IMG/VR virus record: IMGVR_UViG_3300010051_000019
Coordinates: 1,090-65,089 of that record
Direction: 5' to 3' (one strand)
Origin: a virus
Lineage: Duplodnaviria; Caudoviricetes
Length of the DNA stretch: 64,000 nt
Shown: piece after piece, positions 52,790 through 62,793 of the stretch
How positions within the stretch are numbered: the stretch's first letter is position 1
Layout: each line of letters opens with the position of its first letter
The notes under the pieces: generated by a model
Told to the model about the DNA's origin: nothing
Seen by the model: the letters and a program-made list of their open reading frames with translations, nothing else
The model's database searches: none
Made by a program: the position numbers and the translations under genes

Positions 52790-54634
52790 TTATTCTTTAA
52801 GATCTAACCAACTAGATCCTGTAATAACAGTGACCAGCTTTAAGGTAGTAGCTGAAGGGAAGGCAGTTAGCATGGCTAACTCCATATTATCTTTAAGGAT
52901 TTTACTAACTATTTCCTTATTCTTTTCTGGTGTTTCTATAACCAATTCATCATGTACACAGCAGTATAAATAAGCTTCTACCTTATTCTTTTTTAGCTCT
53001 CTTCTTACATTATCAAGAGCCATAAGCATTACGGAGCAAGCATCACTTTGGATAGGATGATTTACGGATTTATTATAGAAATTATCCTCCTCCAGCATCC
53101 TGATTTTACCGAACTTAGAGACTACTTTGAGTTCTTTCTCAGCTTTTTCTACCTGAGATTTCTGCCATAAAGCTCCTTCCCAGAAAGTATCATCCACCCG
53201 ACTAATCAAGTCTTTAGCTTCTGATAAAGTCATAGGAACACCGAAAGTATTCTTAGCGTATTTAATTAGAGTATTAGGCCCTAGCAAGAATAATCGTCCT
53301 AGCAGTACCGCCTTAGCTTTCTGACGTTCTTCTTTAGTAACATCAGCTAGCTTTTTACCAGCTATTAATGCAGCTACGATCTTGTACATGTCTAAACCAC
53401 GTTCGAAACCTTCTAGCATAGTGCTGTCATTAGAATGGTGAGCATAGACCCGTACTTCAATCATCCCGTAATCAGCTCCTACCAGGATGTTTCCTGGAGC
53501 AGGTATAAAGATCTTCCTAAAATCTCCTCGTGGATTGTTTTGGATATTAAAACTAAAGCTACTAAGCCTTCCTGAACCAGTATTACACTGGGTATATTGA
53601 GGGTGAGCACGTTTTGAGACTGGATTAATGAATGTCTTTAAATTAGTCCCGTATGTTCCAATACTTTTAGTTAGTTTCTTCACTTTTAATAGAGGTGCTA
53701 TAGCTTCTATATGATCGTGATCTGCTAAAGTCTCGGCATCGCAAACTAAGTAACCAGTTTTCTCTGATTTAGGCCAAGCTTTTACTTCTTCAGGATCTAT
53801 TTGTGATTCTATCCAGGCAGCTAATTGTTTAGGGGAATTTATATTAACTTCACGAGGTAAGATTTTATATAATTCTTCTTCAGCTTCTACTAGCTCCTTT
53901 TGCCATTCTTCAATCATGGCATCATGGGTAGGGCCATCAATCCTAACACCGTTATAAACCATGTCACCTAGAGCTGGTAAGGCTTTTCTATTTAATCTAT
54001 AGAACGTAAGGATCTCAGTGACACCTGCATTATTAATAAGGTTAAGCAGGATATTAAAGCAGGTGAGGGTTTGGTAGGCATCTCTTACTGCATAAGCTTT
54101 CTGCTCTTCAGTAAGCTCTTCCGCTCCCCAATCTGATTTCTGACTTTGTTTTTCTATGTAGTGATCTCTAATAGTATCAATCATAGCTTCTAAAGAAGCT
54201 TTTGTAGCCTTATAATTAACCACACGAGACTGAATAAAGAGCCTAAATAGAAGCATCGAATCGTGGATATCATCAAACTCTAGTCCAGCATGTTTAAAAT
54301 GCTGATACTCAAAGATAGCGTTATGAGCTACTGGAGTTCCTTTAAGTAAAAAACTTTTTAGCTCCTCAGATATCCCATATTTATGTACATGAAAAAGGGT
54401 TTCCCCGACTCCAGGAATGCTTGTTTGGACGGTAGCTATCCGTGATAGATGTGGGCTAAGACCGCCACTACTGTGAGTAGAAAACTCTGGAAGAGGCATT
54501 GTTTCAATGTCCAGCCCATATAGCTCCCATTTCTTCTTTTTAGTAAGTTTAAAAAACTCTTGTTCAGACTCTAGGGAATCAACGTAATAATATGATCTCC
54601 AGCCTATAGGATAGCTATTCTTCGTCAATTCCAT
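52790..54634 (-). CDS. polA: Family A DNA polymerase with 3'-5' exonuclease
   Basis: Exo I LDIET, Exo II HNAIFE, Exo III YAVRD; TGSGRLSS..NIQN; motif A DYGMIE; motif B R...K; motif C VHDE. Confidence 0.95.
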   Translation of the reverse strand: MELTKNSYPIGWRSYYYVDSLESEQEFFKLTKKKKWELYGLDIETMPLPEFSTHSSGGLSPHLSRIATVQTSIPGVGETLFHVHKYGISEELKSFLLKGTPVAHNAIFEYQHFKHAGLEFDDIHDSMLLFRLFIQSRVVNYKATKASLEAMIDTIRDHYIEKQSQKSDWGAEELTEEQKAYAVRDAYQTLTCFNILLNLINNAGVTEILTFYRLNRKALPALGDMVYNGVRIDGPTHDAMIEEWQKELVEAEEELYKILPREVNINSPKQLAAWIESQIDPEEVKAWPKSEKTGYLVCDAETLADHDHIEAIAPLLKVKKLTKSIGTYGTNLKTFINPVSKRAHPQYTQCNTGSGRLSSFSFNIQNNPRGDFRKIFIPAPGNILVGADYGMIEVRVYAHHSNDSTMLEGFERGLDMYKIVAALIAGKKLADVTKEERQKAKAVLLGRLFLLGPNTLIKYAKNTFGVPMTLSEAKDLISRVDDTFWEGALWQKSQVEKAEKELKVVSKFGKIRMLEEDNFYNKSVNHPIQSDACSVMLMALDNVRRELKKNKVEAYLYCCVHDELVIETPEKNKEIVSKILKDNMELAMLTAFPSATTLKLVTVITGSSWLDLKE

Positions 54635-54914
54635 ATAAATCCTCTCTTATCTCCTCGACACCAAGATCTTTAACAATCAATTCTTCTATGTATCTAGCAA
54701 TACCGCCTAACAACGATCCCTTTATAATGGCTTTATTTACTAGCCATTGAGGAAGTCTGATGTTTTGTACTACTCGTCTAGTCCAGATTGATTGCTCAGC
54801 TCGGCAGGAGGCGCTCATGTTTTTATTTTTTGCCGCTTTTATTTCTTTAGCTTTACTTTTTAAAAGCTTCTTTAAGTTCTGATCGTCTTTCTTAAATTCT
54901 TTTTCGTATTTCAT
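54615..54914 (-). CDS. Putative ribbon-helix-helix DNA-binding protein
   Basis: VQNIRLPQWL....IARYIEELIVKDL fits the RHH pattern. Confidence 0.5.
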   Translation of the reverse strand: MKYEKEFKKDDQNLKKLLKSKAKEIKAAKNKNMSASCRAEQSIWTRRVVQNIRLPQWLVNKAIIKGSLLGGIARYIEELIVKDLGVEEIREDLYGIDEE

Positions 54915-54924
54915 AAAATTACCT

Positions 54925-54954
54925 AAAAAGGAGGGGTGATAATACTTCCCCTCC
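54925..54954 (-). terminator. Rho-independent terminator after SSB gene
   Basis: On - strand GGAGGGG-11-nt loop-CCCCTCC followed by TTTTT. Confidence 0.75.
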
Positions 54955-54964
54955 CATAATGTTG

Positions 54965-55660
54965 TTAGATTGCATCAAGCAAGCTAGTTCCTTTTTTCGG
55001 GGCTTTCTTCGTAGCAGTAGCAGCTACCACAGCAGAAGGCTGTAAATTAATAGCTTCTACTACATCTGAAGAAGCAGCAGCTTGTAGTTCGCTGTCACCT
55101 GCCATAAGTAGTTGACTTACAGTAGCTCCAGTCAGGCGTTCTCCATCAGCAATGAACTGAATAGCTTCAACATTAAACCAGCACATGCGGTTTTTCTTGT
55201 TGATGGTAGCAGCTCCGATAGAGACGAATAACTTAACCTTACAGCCAGCATAAATATCTGATGCTGGGATTTCAGGTACAGTATCGCCTACCTTATTAGG
55301 ACCATAACAAATGATTGGTCCACTTGCTTCCCTTTTCTTAGGCTGGATGAAGATAGCATCCTTAAACACCGGATACTTCTCTGTATTCATCTCGTTACCG
55401 TCTTTAAATGGGATATTGTCTAAATCATTTAAAGTTGTACCCTCACCAAACTCTGCTTCAACTACTTCCTGGATAGCAGCTTTTACCTGAGTAAAATCTG
55501 TTCCTTTAGGAAACGCTACACAGACCTCGTATTTATTAGATGGGTATTCACCTTGATCGGCGTTTACCTTATCAATAAATTGAGTAAACACCGCAATACC
55601 TACTGGTAGTGCTATTGGATCTTTACCGTATGATGCTCTTTTCCCTTTCTTTACACTCAT
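54965..55660 (-). CDS. ssDNA-binding protein (DUF2815 / gp2.5-like)
   Basis: KYEV...FPK, PFKDG, IYAGC.V, VEAIQF..DGE; canonical neighbour of DUF2800 and polA. Confidence 0.85.
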   Translation of the reverse strand: MSVKKGKRASYGKDPIALPVGIAVFTQFIDKVNADQGEYPSNKYEVCVAFPKGTDFTQVKAAIQEVVEAEFGEGTTLNDLDNIPFKDGNEMNTEKYPVFKDAIFIQPKKREASGPIICYGPNKVGDTVPEIPASDIYAGCKVKLFVSIGAATINKKNRMCWFNVEAIQFIADGERLTGATVSQLLMAGDSELQAAASSDVVEAINLQPSAVVAATATKKAPKKGTSLLDAI

Positions 55661-55672
55661 TTTCTTTTCCTT

Positions 55673-57004
55673 TTATGTCGTTTCTTGTTGTATTAATGCA
55701 AATATTGTAGCAGTAGGTGCTCCTAATGTTATTCTATGTGCATTATCTTCATTATCTAGTACTACTGCTAGAGCTGGTGCTGGTTTTACAGTAAGCCCTT
55801 CCAGTATTACGTCGATATCTTTTTGTGGGATTTTAGCAGCTTTAAGCTGCTTGGTGATCTCGCCAATCCCCACTAATGATTCCTTAATCGGAGCTGTAGC
55901 CCCGTACTCCATAAGCATATTAGCTATTTGCTTAACATCTTTTGAGTCATCCCACTTTCTATTGGTCCTTCCATAAGTTCCCTTAGTACCTGGAATCGGG
56001 TTACCAGCCTGAAACCGGTTAAAAGCATACGTCCACATGGCTTTATCGACTTGCTTTATGTACTCCGAAAAGCCTAGCCACCTCACAATATTCTCATCCC
56101 CCACTTTAGCTGGCAGAGTATCAGGATCTGGTAGTGTTTCTTCCTGTAACAATACAGTCTGGAGGCGTTCACGAGTTTGCTTATGGACGGCTGGACAAGT
56201 AGCAGTCGCAGAACAGAACCGGCACTGAACTTCTCCTGGAGTTAGGGTCATCTTACTCCTACCGTAATGACCCATGTTTATTTTAGCAATCTCTGTGAAT
56301 TTCTCTATATATTCAGCAGCTTCTTCACGAGTAATCTCAACAAACTGAGTTACCTGATCGTCCAGTGAATGAGGCTGGTATATATGACCTCTTAAAATAT
56401 CAAATTTGTATCCTAGCTCATGCTGCATACTTACTAGGTAAAGAATCGTTTGGATTATGTCCGTCTCAACTGTACCATTCTTATAATCCCAAACTCCACC
56501 TACATTCTTTCCCTTCTCTCGATACGCATAAGAGAAGTCGGCAGAACCTCCAAGCTCCAATTCATGATTAAGCACGTATTTTCTTTCTGATGCCCAACCA
56601 ATACTCCCTAACTTGTCTCCTACAATACTAAGGATATTCTCTAATGCTTGCTCCACCAAAATAACATCGTCTGGTTTATAGGTAGGAGGTAAAGTAAAAT
56701 CAAGCCTCTTCTTTTCCATCACATTAGGAAGAGCTAACTCAATACCTTTATGGATGAATGTGCCGTAAGAAGCGTCATCAGAGCCATAATTTACACCATA
56801 CTTCGTTTCCTGCTCAGCAGAGCCATGACAAAGTATTCGCCTCTTAATACTGGAGCCACCATTAATGTAATGGTGATTATCATCTGCCTTAATTTCTTCA
56901 ACAGACGGTTTAGTTTCGGCTGGAAGCACTTCAGGTGTTTCAGTTAGCATAGGAAGCTCATCAGCAACAGGATTAATAAATTTAGGTTTCTTCTTTCTAG
57001 CCAT
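55673..57004 (-). CDS. DUF2800 Cas4-like PD-(D/E)xK exonuclease
   Basis: GSS..R...C.GS, GSAD, DYKNG, Q...Y, CRFC.....CP. Confidence 0.85.
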   Translation of the reverse strand: MARKKKPKFINPVADELPMLTETPEVLPAETKPSVEEIKADDNHHYINGGSSIKRRILCHGSAEQETKYGVNYGSDDASYGTFIHKGIELALPNVMEKKRLDFTLPPTYKPDDVILVEQALENILSIVGDKLGSIGWASERKYVLNHELELGGSADFSYAYREKGKNVGGVWDYKNGTVETDIIQTILYLVSMQHELGYKFDILRGHIYQPHSLDDQVTQFVEITREEAAEYIEKFTEIAKINMGHYGRSKMTLTPGEVQCRFCSATATCPAVHKQTRERLQTVLLQEETLPDPDTLPAKVGDENIVRWLGFSEYIKQVDKAMWTYAFNRFQAGNPIPGTKGTYGRTNRKWDDSKDVKQIANMLMEYGATAPIKESLVGIGEITKQLKAAKIPQKDIDVILEGLTVKPAPALAVVLDNEDNAHRITLGAPTATIFALIQQETT

Positions 57005-57371
57005 CTAACTGATTCTCCTGTTCTTCTAAAGCTTTCAATAGATTTTCGCCTAGATTATAGACAATGTGAGCTGCTTTATCCATCGGGACATTAGCTCCAT
57101 ACCTAAGAGCAGCTTCCTGATTCATACGCGGCTCTGTCCACAATATCACTTGGATAGCAGTGTCAGCATTTATAAAGCCAGAATTAAATACTTGTGTTCC
57201 CTGACCAATAACTGCGTCAATAAACTCCCTGCAAATATCATCAAACTCTTTAGAGTAAGGAGGCATAAGCTCGGCTTTCCTGTCAGTTTTTTCTTCTGAG
57301 ACAGTATCTTCTACTACCATCTCTTCAGTAAGCTCTACTGGTTGATCTTCACTCATTTTCGATAGCCTCAT
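56997..57371 (-). CDS. Hypothetical acidic protein
   Basis: Likely start MSEDQP; lies between helicase and DUF2800. Confidence 0.65.
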   Translation of the reverse strand: MRLSKMSEDQPVELTEEMVVEDTVSEEKTDRKAELMPPYSKEFDDICREFIDAVIGQGTQVFNSGFINADTAIQVILWTEPRMNQEAALRYGANVPMDKAAHIVYNLGENLLKALEEQENQLDG

Positions 57372-58692
57372 TTTGTAATTTTAATTTCTTCATATTTATT
57401 TCCATTATCCTTTCTTCATAAGAGTCCGTCAAAGTAGTGAGATACGCCATACAAGGTTTTGTCTGCCCTATCCTACTAATTCTCCCACTTGCCTGGATAA
57501 TAGAGTCAGGAGTAAAACTAATCTCTCCAAACACCATAATATTACACCTGTGTTGCAAGTTAATACCTACCCCAAGAGCGTCGATTTGTCCAATTAAAAG
57601 TTGCTTTTTTTCGTCCGTATTGAAAATATCTACAATTTCCTGACGTTTAGCAGAGGAAGTAGAGCCTGTAATACAGAGAGGTTCATAGAAATGAAATTCT
57701 TTCAAGGCTAATTCTATTAAGTCACGGTGATAATAAATAAGAATAACCGTCTGATCCTGCTTTAATAAATCGTTTACAAAGTCAGTTACTTCCAGGTGCT
57801 TAGCTAGATAAGTCCTTCTCCTGATTTCCGAGATATTAGGAGGTAAAGTTATTCTATCTCCATCTTCATTGTAGTAAAATTTTGTATCTTTTTCTAAAGC
57901 TGCTACTTCTTTTCTTAGGGTAGGATCGCCTTTAAGATAAATTTGCTGGTAGGTTAATTTTGGAAGCTCATCCATAACCTCTTCTTTTTTAATCCTCTTA
58001 AATACAGGAGCTACCAGTTTACGCCACTTATCTATATTTATCCCCCCACTATATGTATATCCACCACTGAACGGATTTTTAGTGCGTTCACAAAATGCTT
58101 CTGCATACTCATAATAATTAGTTACTAAATCAGCTCTTGCATGAGCAAGGAATGGATACATGTCTAATAAAGAACTTTTAACCGGAGTTCCGCTTAACCA
58201 CAAACTAAATTTTATTTCGGGTAGCCTAGCAATAGCTGTGCAGATACGTGTACACGCTGCATTTATATTCTTTAAATACTGAGCTTCATCAAAAATCGTG
58301 TAGTCAATCCCCCATTTCATTAATTCCTTTTGTACAGTAGGATTCAAAATCAATTTGTAGCTGACAATTACCCAAGTAGTGTCAAGAGTTAATTTTTTTA
58401 TGTCTTTAGATTTAAAGATTGGCAAGGTTTTTGCTTGGTGTGGGTGATTATCAAACTCTAATATCTCTCTTTCCCAGTTAATACGAGTAGATCCGTTAGT
58501 CACACACAATATATGGTGGTTGTCTGATGGACGTATACTACAAATAGTATAAATGCTCGTTCTAGTTTTCCCAGTCCCTACATCTCCAGCATTATAGAAA
58601 TATTTTTTACTAGTCTTGAAAAGATTTACTGCTTGTGCTACAAGTTGTTGTTGGAAGGGTTTAAGGTTTGAATTAAATTCTTCTTTATTCAT
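57349..58692 (-). CDS. SNF2-like superfamily 2 helicase
   Basis: DVGTGKT, FDEAQ, LSGTP, GVGINLQ, QA.GR..RIGQ. Confidence 0.9.
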   Translation of the reverse strand: MNKEEFNSNLKPFQQQLVAQAVNLFKTSKKYFYNAGDVGTGKTRTSIYTICSIRPSDNHHILCVTNGSTRINWEREILEFDNHPHQAKTLPIFKSKDIKKLTLDTTWVIVSYKLILNPTVQKELMKWGIDYTIFDEAQYLKNINAACTRICTAIARLPEIKFSLWLSGTPVKSSLLDMYPFLAHARADLVTNYYEYAEAFCERTKNPFSGGYTYSGGINIDKWRKLVAPVFKRIKKEEVMDELPKLTYQQIYLKGDPTLRKEVAALEKDTKFYYNEDGDRITLPPNISEIRRRTYLAKHLEVTDFVNDLLKQDQTVILIYYHRDLIELALKEFHFYEPLCITGSTSSAKRQEIVDIFNTDEKKQLLIGQIDALGVGINLQHRCNIMVFGEISFTPDSIIQASGRISRIGQTKPCMAYLTTLTDSYEERIMEINMKKLKLQNEAIENE

Positions 58693-58812
58693 AACGGTTT
58701 ATTTAAATAAGGTTGGTATCTGTTTTCGATTGACTAGCTGGGGGTGGATCTGTTTAACTAATAGATCCCTACCACAAGTCTACATTACTACACCATTAAA
58801 GGCAATAAAAAC

Positions 58813-61254
58813 ATGAAAGTTGATTTAGATCAGTGTCAGAAATTTTTAGCATTGTTAGATACCTGTTCTACATCATTTACTTTTCAAATTATTCCTGAAC
58901 GAGCTGGATGTAGTAGGAAGGCTCATATAGTAGCTGGTACTTTAGAGGAAGTGTCCGAAAAATTAATCTCAGAAAATTTATCCGGTTGTGGGATTTTTGT
59001 AACTATCAATTACGGAGAGCCTGGAAAAAGAAAAGCTACAGACATTACTCGCGTTAGGGCTTTCTTCGTAGAACTTGATAGAGGGGACATTACTACCGAC
59101 ATAATGCAGCGGCTGGAAGATATTACTGGTGCTAGTATTGTAGTAGAAAGTAGTCCAGGTAGATGTCATTTATATTGGCTGGTGGGTGAAGAGGGGAAAG
59201 CACTGGTAGAAAAGTTTTCTGCTATTCAACGGGTACTTCAGTATAAGTTTAAAGGGCTAGGAGCTGGAGTTGAGAGTAAAGATCTGCCTAGAGTTTTACG
59301 TCTACCAGGTTTTTTTCATCAAAAAAGAGAACCTCATTTAGTTACGATAAAAGCTGGTTCTGAGGTGGTTTATCCAGGTTTTGATGAGGTAGCAGAGGTT
59401 TTAGAAATTGATGCTGACTACATCCAGGAAGCTAGTGCAGCATGGGGAGAAGGTGGGTTAGTAGAAACAAGTTTTGTTAAGAGTAAAAACAATCCTGCTT
59501 TAGATGGTTGCACCTATGTAGGGTGTCAGGCTGGGGATAGAAACGGATCTCTATTTAATTATGGTTTTGAGATTTTAGTCAGGCAACGTGGGTTAGATTA
59601 TGACGGGGTATTAGGTGGATTGTTATCTGCTAACATCAAAAATAAACCTCCACTAAGTAATGATGAAGTCGTAGCAATTTCAAAAAGTGTATGGGAGAGA
59701 AAGGGAAGGCTAGGGGTAGTATCAATAGCAGAGAAGAAAGAGAAGGTAGCAGAAGTAGTTTCAGAAGATACGGAGGAGGGATTGGAGGAAGGAATAGAAC
59801 CTTATCCCTACGATTATTTACAAAGTGACATGTATCCTGCTCATGCACAGTTAAGTATAGCAGCACGAATCAATCAACGATTCGGCGATAATATAAAATA
59901 TAACGAAAATAAAGGTTTTTACGTCCGTGACCCTCAGTTAGGGTTTTGGTGTGTGTCTGATGGTAGGACTCAAACCTTGTTATCAAAATATTATCTAGCA
60001 GTTACGTCTGAACTAGAGCTAGAAAAAGAATTTAGAGAAAATTTTATTGATGACAAACTGGTTTTCAAGCCTTCCACAATGAGATCTGCACTAAAAGATT
60101 ATCACTCCTCTAACGTAATGAAGAATGTTTTTACCTGCCTTCAAACTCGTGAAAATATGTACTGCAACCACGAATCGTTTGAAACAGAGCAGGATGCTAA
60201 TCTACTCGTAGTAAAGCAAGGTATGCTTGATCTCTTAACCGGAAAGAGCGTATCGGATGAGACGTTTAGAAGGAGCCGCCTCATCAATAGCTGCCCCGTC
60301 CAATTTAATCCAGATGCAGACTGTCCTATCTGGAAAAGATTTTTAGAAAGCTGCATGGAAGGGGATAAAGCGTCAGTAGAATATATCCAACGAATTTGTG
60401 GCTACCTGATTAGTGGAGAGACCTTCTTAAACAGCTTCTTTATTGTTTATGGTGTACCTGGAACTGGTAAAAGTAGATTCTTAAACGTCATGAGTGCATT
60501 ATTAGGTAAGTACAGCATCGAATTAAGTCCCTCAGTACTATTAGCTGAAAGCACTGATGCAAGCAGTTTAAGTAGTTTGGCCCAGGCTCAGTATTGTCGT
60601 ATGGCTACCGTGATGGAAGTCGGATTAAAAGATAAATGGAATACAAGTATACTAAAAGCATTAGCAGGTGATGACATGATTACCGCTAAGATGTTTTATT
60701 GTAACCCATACCAATATAAACCCAGGTTCAAGCTATGTATTAGAGCTAACAACATGCCGTCGTCTGATTCATTCGATCAAGCTATCTGGGAGAGAGCAAA
60801 ATTAATCCCGTTTAACGTGAAATTTAGAGGCACTGTGCGGGAAGATAATAAGTTAGAAGAGAAGCTGCTAGGAGAGCTGCCTGGAATATTAAACTGGTGT
60901 GCTGAAGGCTACCGCATGCTCATGGCAGATAGAGCTTTAGTCATCCCTGAAGCAATTAAAGCTTGTTTAGGTGATGTGCAGTCTGGAGTAGATCCAGTTC
61001 AAGCTTTCTTAAATGAATGCTTGATTATAGATCGAGAAGGGAATGAACTCTGGTATGAGATTTATGATTCCTACACCGCCTGGGCACGTGAGAACGATAT
61101 TAAAGTAGTCTCTAAGCAGAAAGCCCTGAAGAGTATGGTAGATAAAGGAATCGAGACTAAGGGTAAATTGAAGGGTTTACGGTTGATTGGAGTTACTCTG
61201 AAACGTGATTATCGGCTTTCCGATTCAGGAACCACGATTCAGAGTATGATTTAA
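58813..61254 (+). CDS. Primase (RepB-like) - primase C-terminal - D5/P4-type SF3 helicase fusion
   Basis: FVELD, ESSPGR.H.YW, D..RVLRLPGF.H; G.RN..LF; YGVPGTGKS, LKALAGDD, RANN.P. Confidence 0.9.
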   Translation: MKVDLDQCQKFLALLDTCSTSFTFQIIPERAGCSRKAHIVAGTLEEVSEKLISENLSGCGIFVTINYGEPGKRKATDITRVRAFFVELDRGDITTDIMQRLEDITGASIVVESSPGRCHLYWLVGEEGKALVEKFSAIQRVLQYKFKGLGAGVESKDLPRVLRLPGFFHQKREPHLVTIKAGSEVVYPGFDEVAEVLEIDADYIQEASAAWGEGGLVETSFVKSKNNPALDGCTYVGCQAGDRNGSLFNYGFEILVRQRGLDYDGVLGGLLSANIKNKPPLSNDEVVAISKSVWERKGRLGVVSIAEKKEKVAEVVSEDTEEGLEEGIEPYPYDYLQSDMYPAHAQLSIAARINQRFGDNIKYNENKGFYVRDPQLGFWCVSDGRTQTLLSKYYLAVTSELELEKEFRENFIDDKLVFKPSTMRSALKDYHSSNVMKNVFTCLQTRENMYCNHESFETEQDANLLVVKQGMLDLLTGKSVSDETFRRSRLINSCPVQFNPDADCPIWKRFLESCMEGDKASVEYIQRICGYLISGETFLNSFFIVYGVPGTGKSRFLNVMSALLGKYSIELSPSVLLAESTDASSLSSLAQAQYCRMATVMEVGLKDKWNTSILKALAGDDMITAKMFYCNPYQYKPRFKLCIRANNMPSSDSFDQAIWERAKLIPFNVKFRGTVREDNKLEEKLLGELPGILNWCAEGYRMLMADRALVIPEAIKACLGDVQSGVDPVQAFLNECLIIDREGNELWYEIYDSYTAWARENDIKVVSKQKALKSMVDKGIETKGKLKGLRLIGVTLKRDYRLSDSGTTIQSMI

Positions 61255-61263
61255 AGCTGGTGG

Positions 61264-61536
61264 TTAGGGGTAGAAGATAGAATTGCTAATTAAACTCTCT
61301 CCATAAGCTACAATACCAGCTATTCTATTTATATGCAGTCCAGATATCTCCGATGCTGTGGTGGGGTTATCTTTTAACTCCTGTATTATATTCATAAACT
61401 CTTTAGGAATATCTCCACAAGTTTTATACATAAAATATTCTGCATTAACATACCTGTCTCCTTTATAACCAGGATGCTCACCAGTTAATATAGATGCATA
61501 TTCTTTTAGAAAGTTATCTGTAGTCATTGTATTCAT
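61264..61536 (-). CDS. Early hypothetical protein
   Basis: GGAGA RBS, converges on the primase gene. Confidence 0.65.
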   Translation of the reverse strand: MNTMTTDNFLKEYASILTGEHPGYKGDRYVNAEYFMYKTCGDIPKEFMNIIQELKDNPTTASEISGLHINRIAGIVAYGESLISNSIFYP

Positions 61537-61558
61537 GTTTTTATCTCCGGTTAGTTGG

Positions 61559-62020
61559 TTAGTAAATAAATCCAGCAGCTTCCATAGACTGCTTAAAGTC
61601 GGCTAGAAGAGCTGGAAGGCGGGTACGTAGCTTCTCTTCTATGTCAGGGCTTAGTAACTCCTCATCCGTAGCTTCCGGCCATATAGCAGAGCTTCTAGCA
61701 TAGGGTAGATTACCTTCCTTAATCCAATACATAGTATTAGCTATGTAATGTAGAGGCCCATCAGAAGAACAGAGATGCCACTTAATTAAGTGAGCTAGTT
61801 CAGGTACGTATTCCGCTATCTCCTCGTGTATACAGCCTGATGGCCCCACATTACCATATATAAAAGGTCTTCTATGGTATAGAGCACCAGTTATAGAGAA
61901 AGTATTATGCCCGTTATTACAACTATCATCGTAACGTAACGTCACTTTGATTAATTGTGGGGATTCCTTAATTACTTCTTTCTGCTGGTATTTTGTCAAA
62001 ATGCTAGTTGGTATGTTCAT
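61559..62020 (-). CDS. Conserved early hypothetical protein
   Basis: Start MNIPTS after GGAGA; RYDD.C.NGHNTFSITG...GC.HEEI...PEL...KWHL..DGP.HY.AN, a widespread phage pattern. Confidence 0.7.
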   Translation of the reverse strand: MNIPTSILTKYQQKEVIKESPQLIKVTLRYDDSCNNGHNTFSITGALYHRRPFIYGNVGPSGCIHEEIAEYVPELAHLIKWHLCSSDGPLHYIANTMYWIKEGNLPYARSSAIWPEATDEELLSPDIEEKLRTRLPALLADFKQSMEAAGFIY

Positions 62021-62048
62021 GTTTTTATCTCCGTTTATGTCGGTTAGT

Positions 62049-62459
62049 TTATAAATCAAACAAAAATGCTTGGTGCTTAAATACCCCGTAGCCGTTTAGG
62101 AAGGCTGGATTAGGGCATTCTTGCCCCTTAGCTACATAGTATTTATTGTCCCCTACTGCTTTCGTTATCTTCTTAATAAGCTGTATGCGGTCCTTTATAG
62201 TCTTTGGTACAGCCTCTACAGCTATTGGATCTAGCTCAGTCCATACAGTATAGAAAGCGTCGGATAGAGCTGCTAGGCACTTTTTACGCCCCTCCTTTGC
62301 AGCTTTAGTTTCCGTGTACATGAATTTAACTACCGATGCTTGAGACATATCCACAAGCACAGCTAGCGTAGGCTGGGTAGCTCCCACCGCTGCCATAATC
62401 TCTTGTAAATACTCTGCCGACACTTCTGGATCGTTAATTAGCACTGGTCTATTAATCAT
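62049..62459 (-). CDS. Putative Cro/XRE-like helix-turn-helix protein
   Basis: LQEIMAAVGATQPTLAVLVDMSQASVVKF. Confidence 0.55.
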   Translation of the reverse strand: MINRPVLINDPEVSAEYLQEIMAAVGATQPTLAVLVDMSQASVVKFMYTETKAAKEGRKKCLAALSDAFYTVWTELDPIAVEAVPKTIKDRIQLIKKITKAVGDNKYYVAKGQECPNPAFLNGYGVFKHQAFLFDL

Positions 62460-62760
62460 TGTTTTTCTCCTCTAATGTTTTTACGTATTCCTCTAATCTG
62501 ATTATCTCTCCATTCGCATACTCTAACTGATCGGTAAGTTTTTCTATCTCGTTATCCCTATCCCCTAACGTATCCTCCAGCCTACTTACTTCGTACTGTT
62601 TATCCTCCGCTTCGCTATTAGCTTCTGATAATTCCTCCTCCAAAGATTCGATCTTATTTGAATAGTAAGCATATACATCGGGTAGATGTTTTTGTATAAT
62701 ATCCTCTTTTAAAGTGTAGTCATATTTAAAAGAATCGTTCAATTCATCCCAAGTTATCAT
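62452..62760 (-). CDS. Early coiled-coil protein
   Basis: Start MITWDE after AAGGAG; first gene downstream of the repeat array. Confidence 0.65.
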   Translation of the reverse strand: MITWDELNDSFKYDYTLKEDIIQKHLPDVYAYYSNKIESLEEELSEANSEAEDKQYEVSRLEDTLGDRDNEIEKLTDQLEYANGEIIRLEEYVKTLEEKNND

Positions 62761-62793
62761 TGTTTTTCTCCTTTTATTTATACCTAAATACAA

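Noticed and set aside
46506-54634. Z-genome or other hypermodified-base pathway
   Set aside because: No PurZ, dATPase, thymidylate-synthase-like, glycosyltransferase or methyltransferase gene recognised.
55673-57004. Cas4 as part of a CRISPR system
   Set aside because: It lies in the standard helicase-DUF2800-DUF2815-polA replication cassette with no cas1/cas2 or array.
1578-60356. Antisense or nested ORFs in the track (e.g. 1578, 2034, 5646, 6696, 11145, 16521, 18749, 32468, 37576, 42124, 48509, 56037, 57066, 60141)
   Set aside because: Shadows of longer genes with recognisable motifs and the genome's codon bias; no RBS or motifs of their own.
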